Assembly: GCA_030704615.1 (NCBI GenBank)
Contig: CM060731.1
Span: forward strand, 79,732,001 to 79,796,000
DNA length: 64,000 nucleotides
Reading direction: 5' to 3'
Origin: Takakia lepidozioides
Taxonomy: Eukaryota > Plantae > Bryophyta
The notes under the pieces are model-generated. The model did no database searches. It saw nothing but the letters and a program-made list of their open reading frames with translations, and was not told where the DNA came from. The position numbers were made by a program, and so were the translations under genes. Below, piece by piece: positions 25,895 to 36,549 of the stretch; position 1 is the stretch's first letter; each line of letters starts with the position of its first letter.

Positions 25895-28800
25895 TGCTTT
25901 CTCGGGCTCGGATCTAGTAATCTTGGAGATAAATTTGATGACGTGCGTCGACTCTAACTCCTGCGGAAACTTCTGACCGTTACATATCACATAAAGACTG
26001 AAGGAAAACCACTGAAGAAGGTCTACTTAGTTTCAGAAACGCCTCAATACCTCTCCCCCTGTCTCCTGCGACAGATCTGGATCTGGATGTTCAAACAGCC
26101 ACAAACCTGAACACAATATCACTCCGTAGACGCGATACTCTGGCGCTTCATTTCAACGTCGCTTCTGCTCCGAATCCCTCCAGATTTCCAGGCACTGATA
26201 TGGTTACCCCCAAATTTAATTGGAACTTGGTTGCAAAGACGAAATGCTGAGCAGTTACGCGCTTACTGGAGCGAAAAGCTCACTGGAACGAATAAACAAC
26301 TCAAACCGCTCCCGCTACGACCAAGACGACTCCTAACGCAGCAACGTGGCAGGCAGCTGTGTTGGCGAAGGCCCAGCAATGTCGGTGACGCGAGCCTGAG
26401 CGTTCACAGAGACGAGAGAGGAAGAAGACGAGTCCGGGGCAGAGGCTCGAGACTCGCTTCTAGGCGCGAAACTGCTTTCTACAGCGGGCTTAACAAACCG
26501 TACACTTCCCTTACTCCCAAACCTCCTCTTCCCGTCCCGACGGCGACGATCGCATCAGATTCACATCCAACGGGCAGCATGCTCAGAACGTGGATGATAG
26601 ATTGGATGCTTTGTAAGGAATCCCCCCGCCCCCGGCGGACGGATGAAAAAGGAAGCCTGGTAAGATTGGGTGGGTGCGGGTGCAGTTGGCCAGACTGGAC
26701 GGCGCTCAAGGAGCCGTTTTGGTGTTGCGGTTGCTGTGCGTGTAGAGTGCGAGAGTGTGCGAGCTCGCCTCACACGTGGCAGCGGGCTTGGCAGGCCTGG
26801 CGTCACATGGAACCGCCCTGGCGGCCTCTGCCATCTGCGTAGCTGTGCTCGCCAATCGCTAGACCCCAATTATCATTCCTCGGATGACCAGGCCCATCTC
26901 TCTATCCGATCCATAAGTTAGGGCACCAGCCTAAAAATAACCGAATATAATTTTCTTAAATTCAAAAATGTTTGGTCTCGATGATCCGTTCGGGCAGCGA
27001 CTGGCCTAAGAGAAGCTTTTATTGTTCTGACCACACATCACTTGATGCCCAGTTCAAATATGTGTTTATTTATGAGTCTTTGACATATTATGGCATGTTG
27101 ACTGAGCGCATAAAGGCAGTAATTACCCAGTAAGAGGCAGGGGAAGACGCTTCTCCTTTATTGGCCCTGCCCGACAGGGTAGGGACTATGCATCAAGTTG
27201 GCCAAAGGCTCATGGGTTGTTCCCATGAGACTTAATGGGAACATGAAAGTTTTTAGTTCCCCGTTGGGCACATGTTACACTCATTTGTTCATTTTTTTGT
27301 TGGCCTTGACTCCTTGAGCAATGACTACAATAGAGTGCATGCATATGCAGCATGAAGTACCTTATACCCCGAGTGGGTCCCAGCTGGGCACATGCTCCTT
27401 ATGTTTTTAATGTGTTCTATTCATGGCCGATTGTCTATGTATATTGATCTACTCATAGATCAAATGATAATATGTGATTATATCCCAAGTGATCAGAGGT
27501 TCCTTATTTTCTTTATGTGTTCTACTGGAGCCCACAATGCCAAATTTTTTTTCCCCTCATTGCCAAAAAGGCAGGTGATAAGTTATGAATGAGGACATAA
27601 TATAACATGAAAATATATATGTAATATGCTATAATAAACAGTACATATATTTTAGTATTTCTATTTTAATGATTTTTTCTTTTTTCTCTTAAAAATAGAG
27701 ACCAATGTTGTATTGGTATATAACTTAGGAGACTGATATGTGCACTGTATATACACTGCTATTAAGTACCAAATTAGTCAACAACAGGGCTTAAGTGTAT
27801 GTCACGCTGGCCTTGTTAGGCATAACATCATTCCATAAAACTTCATATCAGTAAAACAAAGGCAGGGCCTCCCTGTATCTCACGCCTTGTTACCCTCTCA
27901 AGGCGGCGGGGCTAGAAGGCTGCCCCCGCACATGTCACCCCTAGAAACCACCACTTGACACCTGTACTCTACTTTCACCCCAATTTGGCGCTTGAACCAT
28001 CCCCATTTTATAGCTGTCGCCTTCCTACGTATCTTTTTTCTTACCCCATTATACAAGGATTATTTCTTCAAATCTTTGTGTAGCTTACTATATATCCTCC
28101 TTTTTTAATTCATGGACCTTTCCCCTAAAGGAGGAGCACCCTTTTAGTGGGCCCGCTACAAAAGGGTGCATACACTTTGGAAGACCGTGTAACTTTCTAT
28201 CCCCAACCATCCACGAGGATGAATCCTACAGTTATGTGCATATCTACTACATCCCCGTCATGTGAAAATCGTAGGCAATTTGATCATTGCATTCAGGAGA
28301 TTATAATAAAATAATGTGCCCCAAATTTTAAATGTATGCTAGTTCAATGTATGCTGGCAATCTAGTGCCTTGTTAGATGTAGTCTTCTCGAACTACGGCT
28401 GTCTCCAGTTTTCTGGCTAGCCCAGATGGAGATATGCCCTCTCTTTTGTTCTGGCTGCTTGTTCCTGCAGTGACTGTTTGTCATACTGGATCTCAACTTA
28501 GGTTTATGCTCTGGCTTAGGATCACAACTCGCTTGAGGGTGGCCCTAGGGGGCTTCCATTTTCTTATTGATCATATATCTTGCATTTGGACCGGAGCAGA
28601 GTTCAGTTTTCTGGATCCTCCAGATGAAGCTGCTCTCATGTCCCTTAGTTTTAGATCGTAACAGTCTGGCTTGTAGTTCGTTGGTTCAGGGGTGCTACCC
28701 AATAGCTTGCGATGTATTGTCTTATGGCCTTCTGTCTTGGTTATTTTTTCCGAGACACCTTTTAAATATGATTTAAAGGGCCTTTGTCCCAAAATGGTGT

Positions 28801-29057
28801 TCATCAGTTAAGGGTTAAATGTCACTATAATGAATATCTAATTATGTTCTTTTTACCATATTGAGGCTACATTGATTTTCCACTGTTTCAAGTAGTATGC
28901 ACTTTTCAGATGTAGCTGAACAGTTGACCTACTGATAACCCATTTTATAATTGGATAGGCCAAAATGGGTTATATCCGATATACTGGTTTTGAGCAAGCA
29001 TCCGTTTATAAAGAGATTTTGTGCATCCAATAACGCTATAGTATACTCAATATACAT

Positions 29058-29059
<2 letters not shown>

Positions 29060-29091
<32 letters not shown>
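29060..29091. repeat. (AT)16 microsatellite
   Basis: Read directly from the sequence. Confidence 0.95.
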
Positions 29092-29093
<2 letters not shown>

Positions 29094-29211
29094 TAACCAA
29101 CAAATACTTAACATATACACTACAACTTTGAGAACTTGAAGGAATTGTTTAGATTACCGTTCCACGTAGAACCAATGCATGTAATCCAAGCCCTGCCATA
29201 TAGATTGTGAC

Positions 29212-29970
29212 CAGTGTTGTGCGGTTATTTGATTATTTTGAAAATATCATCCAGATGTCTAACTTTAACTTTGTATTCACATCCTCCGATATCATGCCGG
29301 TTGGCAACAAATACAAAATTTAACCATATGCGGTTATGGACAAATGGAGTTTATGTAAGGATGGCCTCCAGCGATTCAGTATCCGATTATCAAACAAATC
29401 CAAGTTTATTTAAATAAAATAAAATAACCCAAACTTAAAAATCTAATGTATTAGAAATACTAATGAAAAAATGGTTACAATTATTGGGGTAGAACATAGA
29501 AGATCCACAATCACCGCCTTTTCATAAATCCAACGTTGCCCTTCATAACGTGACGAGTAGAAATGAAATGAAGAGAGGGCCAGCTCATGACTACGACCCG
29601 CCTCGTTTACGTCGAGTGAACGCAATAACCCAACTATTATCCGGAGTATAACCTCCAGGTTTAAATGCCAGATATATGGGTTCATAGCCTGCTTCCTTTG
29701 GACCACGGGTAGTAAAACCAAGCCCACCAACCATATCACATCCAAAGCCTGACTGAACCTTACACTACCGTCCCAACATGTTCAAATCAAATAAAGAAAT
29801 TCAAAACCGCCGGTTCTCACCCGGATCCGGCTATCCTATCTCTTCATATCCGGCGGTTCTTAACGGAGGCGGATATTTGATTTTTGACCTCCGGCAGAGA
29901 TCCACATATATATATCCGGGTTGGGATCTGCCGGGGGTTTGACGCTCAATCAAATATCCGCGCAACATTG
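29212..29970. mobile_element. Non-autonomous hAT-type DNA transposon
   Basis: TIRs CAGTGTTGTGCGGTTATTTGATT / AATCAAATATCCGCGCAACATTG; 8-bp flanks ATTGTGAC / GTTGTGAC (TSD with 1 mismatch). Confidence 0.8.
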
Positions 29971-30794
29971 GTTGTGACACATGTCCTGATGGTTGAGTTG
30001 AGGTTATGGAGCCATTTTGTTCTTTCCAATCACTTAGTGCAGAAACTGTCCCAAAAACAATACCTTCATTCGCTCTTTATTTGTTCTTTTCAGTTCTTCT
30101 CTTCTTGACCTCTTTACTATGAGATCTATGGGAGACTCAACTATTTTACATTATGAGGATAAAAATGATGAGAGCAAATAGGAGGAAAATACCAGTGTTG
30201 TGCCGGTATGTGCTAGTCGGCGGGGGTCTGTACAAGGGTATAGGTAACGATATGCCAGAACCAACCCGGCTGGTATTTCATGCAACCTATATCCCGGTTG
30301 TAGGTTCCAAACATACCCAAATTGATACATACCAGTCAAAGTAGTTGGCGGAGCAATATTACTGCGATTGGGAACATACTCAGGGAGTGTTTGGAGATGG
30401 GAGGGGTAGAAGGTATGGCGTACAATGGTCAGCGTACAAGGTATGGCATACAAGGTATAATATGCAAGATTTCTTCAGTTTTTGTCATGGCATCCAGCTT
30501 TTCTCCCATTTGTTATAATCCAGCCTTACAATACAATACAAATTAGTTTGCATGGGCATGCGTGATTGCAATTTTTTTTTTACCTTTTGTATGTTGCCCT
30601 CAATTTTATTTTCAGCTTTGAATACAGTATGATGAATGTTGGGGTATACCATACCATTGTACATACTACCCCAGTATGTCCGTTGAGTTTTTGCCATACC
30701 CATGCCTAGGACATCTCAAAATTGAAAATAGCCATATCCATCCTATAACCTACCCTAGCTTGTCCTAATCTACACTGGGCGGACCCAATAGCCA

Positions 30795-30982
30795 TGTCGT
30801 GCGCATACATATCGCTACACAACTACATCGCTGTCCAAAATCACACAACACATGTGCACGCCACACACTAGTATATCACTAGTCCACCACTAGTCCAGCC
30901 ACTAGTCCAACCACTAGGCTACAACTAGTCAGTCATCAGGCTGCCACTATGCTGCCCACTATGGCAGTCGCTAGTCCACACA
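30795..30982 (-). repeat. Terminal repeat Y, copy 2 (3' end of element)
   Basis: TGTCGTGCGCATACAT...CTAGTCCACACA; matches 31309-31485; contains short CACTAGTC tandem units. Confidence 0.9.
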
Positions 30983-30983
30983 A

Positions 30984-31306
30984 TGATAAAGAAGAAGAAT
31001 ACAAGCACAAGCTCATGCGAGCTCACAAAGCTGAAGCATAAACTCATGCATATATAACCTTATCACTCAAATACAAGTCAAGCCAAGTGCACTCCACGCC
31101 ATGGGGAATCCACACTACGGTGCCATAGCTAGGCGCGGTGAGGCTCAACTCGAGAAAGATGAGCCTCTCGCGCTTGCCGTGAAGATAACCACTTCAGGGC
31201 CTAAATCTGCCTTGACCCCTGGATTGACACTTGGGCCAATCCCAAATGTATGTAAAAGCTAGTTATTTCTTAGCTAGTTTCACACTAGTAGTAAAATAAC
31301 TTGACA
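30984..31306 (-). repeat. Terminal repeat X, copy 2
   Basis: TGATAAAGAAGAAG...AATAACTTGACA; matches 41536-41862. Confidence 0.9.
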
Positions 31307-31308
31307 GC

Positions 31309-31485
31309 TGTCGTGCGCATACATATCGCTACACAACTACATCGTTGTCCAAAACCACACAACACATGTGCATGCCACACACTAGTATATCACTAGTCCA
31401 GCCACTAGTCCAACCACTAGGCTACAACTAGTCAGTCACTAGGCTGCCACTATGCCGCCCACTATGGCAGTCATTAGTCCACACA
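31309..31485 (-). repeat. Terminal repeat Y, copy 1 (directly after the PPT)
   Basis: Direct repeat of 30795-30982; joined to X2 via GACA-GC-TGTC. Confidence 0.9.
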
Positions 31486-31498
31486 ATCGCCCCCCTAG
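31486..31498 (-). other. Polypurine tract
   Basis: Sense CTAGGGGGGCGAT immediately before TGTGTGG (start of Y1). Confidence 0.65.
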
Positions 31499-31745
31499 CT
31501 GGTGCTTAGGTCCCTCTAAGTCCAGGTAGCCACAAGATGTGATAGTGACCATAGCCTCACTAAGTCCTCCACCACTATCCCTACTACACTCAAACTCAAT
31601 AGATCAAGAGGCCGGGTGCAAGAGTTGCCCCATCGTTAGTCGCCGTCTTGAAATATGTGAACTTGAGCTTGGGATCTCATGTATTGACTCATATGAGCTT
31701 GGCCTCCCATGTCTTGTTAGCTGCCTCCAGTCATGTCCACTGCCA

Positions 31746-31889
31746 CTATCCCAAGCAGTGTGGACACAACCAATCTCCGTCAGGAACCTTCTCAAGAGGT
31801 GGTGTCAAGCATCCCATATGCCAACCCCTTGAGCATCGATCACACACCAGCATGGTGGCTGCCCCTTTGGCAGACCCACAAAGCATGCA
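31746..31889 (-). pseudogene. PHD finger (C4HC3) at the polyprotein C-terminus
   Basis: CMLC-x11-CDRC-x4-H-x2-C-x14-CPHC, with LTPPLEKVPDGDWLC. Confidence 0.9.
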
Positions 31890-32056
31890 CCTCAAACCTG
31901 CAGGTACCACTGCCAAGTTTGGGTCAAGTCTGCCATCGACATTGGGAGGTGATATGGCGCACAATTACGCACATGGTCCTTCCAAGTCATGCTATCCCGA
32001 CCCTCCAAGATCCGGACCCCTGAGGGCAACACCTCTCGAACCCTCAGAATAACACG

Positions 32057-33030
32057 TCATGCAGTAACATTCAGAGTCGTAGGAGCAGTCTGCTGCAAAT
32101 AAACATAGTCACCAGGGCTAAACCTCCGAACCCTAGGACGATATCCTCCACCACATATACTGGCATATCTCAACGTATCACGGTGTTGTGCAATGGCAAG
32201 GTTCTCAAAAGCCATGGGCATGACTTTCTTGAACAACTGTGCACGCTGATCACATGCACGTACCCACACGTCTGGATCGTCAAGGTTAAGGACTTGAGCA
32301 GTGTCCCTACGAATGGTTGCAGGCAAATCCGGCTCTCGGCCAAAGAGAAGGAGATATGGTGAGAAAGATGCAAGTGATGCTTGTTTGCTGAACCTGTAGC
32401 CCATGGCTAACCAAGGAACCTGAAGATCCCAATCTCCTAGGTGTCCCTTCTGCAAGCCATACTTGCGCAAACCCCTCTTCACCGTCTGAACAACTCTCTC
32501 TGCCAAGCCATCGGCCTTAGGATGATCCCGAGAAGTGGTGCGGTGGTCTATCAAGGCTTTATCACACAAAGTCTGAAACTCCCCCAAGAACTTTCTCCCT
32601 TGGTCCGAGAGTACCTCAACTGGAGCACCAAATCGGCTAAGCACACGATCCAAGAATGCATACGCAGCCCCCTCACTAGCTTTGTCAGGCAATGAAACCA
32701 ACTCAATCCACTTGGAGAAGTGCTCCACCATCACCAATACATATCTGTGGTGGCGCATAGTTAGTGGCAACGGTCCTGCAAAGTCAAGACTCCACATGTA
32801 GCCCAATCCCATGATTGGTAAAAGAAGCAACTGTGGTGTAGGGACGTTGAATGAAGCACGCACCCTGTCACACACCATGCACCTAGCCACGAACTGTTGC
32901 ACCTCTGTATGCATACCACGCCACCAATACTGCCCATGCAGTAAACTTGACTGCGTCGTACTCCAAAATGCCCCAACTTCTCATGGGCATGCCGCACTAA
33001 CCGTGCACGTTGTGTGGGGTGAGGCATAAT
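32057..33030 (-). pseudogene. DDE integrase (HHCC + core)
   Basis: HEKLGHFG...CMVC, WSLDFAGP, VEHFSKW, SDQG, DGLAERVVQ; frameshifted. Confidence 0.92.
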
Positions 33031-33489
33031 CCTCACCCGACCATCCTCCCACACTCGAAGTAGGTGTATCCCCTCCCACTTGAACCTCTTGGCTCGTTGC
33101 AGGATCCGATCTCTCTCCCTAGTAGTCACTGTGGCTGCCGTGTCTCCCGTACGGAGGTAGTCCAACAGAGCGGAATCCTCATGTATATCTCTGGCACCAC
33201 CTGGCTCATCACTAGCCTCAGGGTCCTCAGACACTCCGTCTACAGTCATCCCTGTTGTAGGTCCAACCTGACCTCCCGATGCCAAGATACACAAAAATGC
33301 AGATGCGTGTCATCCCGGCACCATCTCCTCGTCAGTCACACCATGCCACCGAGCTCCAGTGTCATCCTGCTAGCTCGTGCATGGATTGCGACTCAATCCA
33401 TCCGTATCCCGATTGACCAAACCTGGTCGATGCACAACCTACAAATCATACTCCTGGAGTATGAGTGCCCACCGTGCAAGCTTCCCCGT

Positions 33490-33800
33490 AAGCTTGTCTG
33501 AGTCCATCAACCACTTGAGCGGCTGGTGATCCGTGACAAGGGTGAAAAGATTGTCGTATAGATAGCACCTGAAGTGTGCCACGGCCTACACTGCAGCTAA
33601 GCACTCTCCCTCATATGAGCTGTACTTAGCCCCTGCAGCGTTGTTCGAGCGGCTAGCATAAGCCACTACGAACTCTCTTCCCTCATCATCCACATGTGTG
33701 AGCACCGCTCCAAGCCCCAGCATGCTCCAATCCGTATGCAGCTGAAAGGGACGCCCCCTGATAGGTCGTCTCAGGATAGGCGCCGAGGTCAACCTTGCCT
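33490..33800 (-). pseudogene. RNase H
   Basis: FQLHTDWSMLGLGAVL, VAYASRSN, YSSYEGECLA, LVTDHQPLKWL; contains a stop. Confidence 0.88.
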
Positions 33801-33973
33801 TCAGCTCTTGAAAAGCTCATTCCTGCTCATCTTCCCACTGCCACTCCTGGTCCACCTTGGTCAGCTTGGTTAGAGCCTTTGCAAATGGTACTAAATCCCT
33901 TGACAACCCGTCTATAGTAGTTTGCCAACCCCATGAAAGCTCGAACTCGGCTCACATCCGTGGGGCGTGGAAT

Positions 33974-34720
33974 TTATGCAATGGCCTCTACCTTAGTCTG
34001 CCGTACCCCCAATTCTCCAGGATATATCATGTGACCCAGATACTTAATCTGGTTATGGAAAAACTTGCACTTCCCCGGATGCAACGTCAATTCGTGCGCT
34101 CTCAAGCGCTCCAATACCACCTGAAGGTGTCTCTCATGCTCCTCCACCGTAACACTAAAGATGATGATGTCATCTATGTAGCACCGAGCAAAGTCCACCC
34201 ATGCTAGAATCCTATCCATGACTCTCTGAAACTCTGCAGGAGCATTCTTAAGCCCAAATGGTAAGAACCGCCACTGATATAGGCAATCCTTGCCGTGCTC
34301 ATTGATCCCCCAGAATGTCGTCTTCTGCTTGTCCGCCTCCTTGATTGGCAACTGGTGATATCCAGATCGTAAATCCAAAGTGCTAAAGACCTTAGCATGC
34401 CCGATGGCATCAAAGATCTCCTCTGGTGTTGGCATGGCATACTTATCGGACTTGGTCTGACGATTTACAGGCCGGTAATCACCGCACATACGTCTCTCCG
34501 TCCAATTGCCATAGACATCCTTCTTGGCTGGCATCACTGTGGCTGAAGCATACTCTCTACCAGAGAGCTCCACCAAACCTGCCTCCCAAAGATCTTGAGT
34601 CCTCATCTGAATCAAAGACCTCTCTATGTCACTGTATCTATAGGGTCTTCGAAAGATTGGCGTGTCAGTGGCCAACTCAATACGGATCTCTTGACCCTTC
34701 AGTGCTCCCAAGTCCTTCAA
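33974..34720 (-). pseudogene. Reverse transcriptase (Ty3/gypsy)
   Basis: RMCGDYR, FSTLDLRSGYHQ, LPFGLKNAP, YIDDII, GKCKF. Confidence 0.95.
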
Positions 34721-34879
34721 ACTGAAGGCAAAGCAATTCCTGTAAGCCCTCAGGAACCGTCGTATACGTCGTCTCTCTCCTCCGGTGACAATGGGTCCAA
34801 TGTCAGGCTCCCAATTGTCCTCCGTAATTGCAACCTTAAGTCCAGTGGGCTTAGAGGTAGAGGACGCGTCCAGTGGTTG

Positions 34880-36241
34880 CTATGTTGCAACCTCTTGAGC
34901 AGTACTCCATACCTGCTCAGTCAGTGACAAGGCCTCATCCTGCCCCATCATCTCATCCTCAAGGACTTCCTCCACCCGAGAAAAATCCCCAACCTCATCT
35001 ATCACCGTCACCTTGGCTGCCAACTCCCTCTGAACCTCGAGCACCTCCCACGTGTGGCATGGATGCTTGGACCCCGTGGTCCTCACATGCTCGCCCCCAC
35101 TCACTGCATGTACCGTCTCGGTAGGCAGAGAGACCATCGAGGGAAGTGTACTCCGCACTCTGCGTTGCTCAGCCATAGCCAAACTGATAATCCAGGTCAA
35201 GCAATTGAGATCCATTGCTTGCCCCAACACCTGACGACGTGCTGCCTCAGAAAGAGACGACACCGTCGTGGTACCAGTGGTAAAACCCACTGCCCGCTCA
35301 CGCTCGTCAGCATTAGGCTCCACTAACTGCTGCAACTGAGCATCCCACAGGACGCCAGGTCCACTATCCCGGAAAGCATGCGATCCTGGGAAGCTGAGCA
35401 GTGTAGGTAATGTTGCTCGTGGTTGACCCACCTTGTTGACCACTGCCAAAGGCGAACGGTCATCATGTCTCACACGCTGAGACTGCCTCCCTGTGTCCAG
35501 AATGCTATCCACTGTGAGATGTGTTGGCCGCTGCACCCAATCAAATGCACGCTTGAGCAGTGCGGGTGGCATCAAGTTAGTCCACCATAGCCGTGGACGA
35601 TGAACCCGTGACCCCACTGTAGCTGCATCTAGCAACACTGCTGATCCAAGCCACGACCGGACTTGATGCACACTGGCCATCACCCTGGCCCGAGCATCGC
35701 CCATCAGTGGCACATTCTCCAAGATGTATGCTGGAGATACAGCTTGATGAAGCTGTAAGTGGCGCAAAACCCGCACCATCTCCCAAAACAGACCCGACCT
35801 CGAGTCTCGCAATCCATTGCCATGCTCGGCTGATGAATGCCCTTGGCAGGGCCAACCTGCCACTACCAGATCAATGGAGCCAACCCGCTCCAAATCCAGC
35901 GCCCCCAACAACGAAATGTCTGATGGCAAGGCCTGCTGATATCCACGAACTGTAGACACCGACAACAACTCAGGGTACCGCTGCACCAACTGAGCAACAT
36001 GGCGAAGTAAAATGCGTCGTGCAGTCTCATCCCTCTCCACATACAGGTAACGCCAAACTCGTACACCTGCCTGTAATACAGCAGCCAATCCGGTGTTAAT
36101 CCCGCCAAACAAGTCCAGAAGACAAATGTCTTCATCTGGATACTGCCACACAATAGGTGTGGTGTCCAATGGAGACAACTGAGGTGGTCCTGGTGCAATC
36201 CCCACACTCTCCTCCTCTCCTGACGGTACAAAAGCCTCCAC
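34880..36241 (-). CDS. DNMT3-like C5 cytosine DNA methyltransferase domain embedded in pol
   Basis: Motif I LLDLFGGINTG (~36090-36127), II YLYVERD, III SDI, IV IDLVVAGWPCQGHS (~35830-35875), GLRDSRSGLFWE, VI YILENV (~35710), VIII VHRPRLWWTNL, IX ERERAVGF, X ARRQVLGQAMD (~35210). Same frame as RT, separated from it by a single TAG. Confidence 0.93.
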   Translation of the reverse strand: MEAFVPSGEEESVGIAPGPPQLSPLDTTPIVWQYPDEDICLLDLFGGINTGLAAVLQAGVRVWRYLYVERDETARRILLRHVAQLVQRYPELLSVSTVRGYQQALPSDISLLGALDLERVGSIDLVVAGWPCQGHSSAEHGNGLRDSRSGLFWEMVRVLRHLQLHQAVSPAYILENVPLMGDARARVMASVHQVRSWLGSAVLLDAATVGSRVHRPRLWWTNLMPPALLKRAFDWVQRPTHLTVDSILDTGRQSQRVRHDDRSPLAVVNKVGQPRATLPTLLSFPGSHAFRDSGPGVLWDAQLQQLVEPNADERERAVGFTTGTTTVSSLSEAARRQVLGQAMDLNCLTWIISLAMAEQRRVRSTLPSMVSLPTETVHAVSGGEHVRTTGSKHPCHTWEVLEVQRELAAKVTVIDEVGDFSRVEEVLEDEMMGQDEALSLTEQVWSTAQEVAT

Positions 36242-36549
36242 CCAGGCTTGTTACACCCGTCGATCAGCATCCCGCTGCAAATCCTTGCTTGTGCCCCACA
36301 ATGGAGTCTAAGCAACCATGGTAGACAACCATACCATACATGTCATCCTGCTCTCCCGGAGGTGGCACATCCTCTGAATGAGCGTTGCCCTCAAGCAACT
36401 ATCCAGGCCAACTCACTGCCGTTGTGAATGATGCTAGTGTTGGCATCTTGCCTCGCTGGGCAACCGCAACCCCTCCTATGAACGTCACAGGGAGCTGCAC
36501 ACGCCGGCCCTCCCCTGACTGCCATCCATGCCTATAGGAAGCTGACTCC

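Noticed and set aside
26231-26921. 203-aa and overlapping ORFs upstream of DUF4057
   Set aside because: GC-rich promoter/5' region; the translations are not protein-like and show no motifs.
34880-36241. Idea that the DNMT is a domesticated host gene kept intact by selection
   Set aside because: It has no own ATG or promoter evident, it is in frame with RT, and the RT and IN segments have similarly long open stretches. Its openness is not clearly exceptional.
34880-36241. Bacterial restriction-modification methylase or contamination
   Set aside because: It is embedded in a retroelement polyprotein among spliceosomal-intron genes, and there is no restriction enzyme partner.
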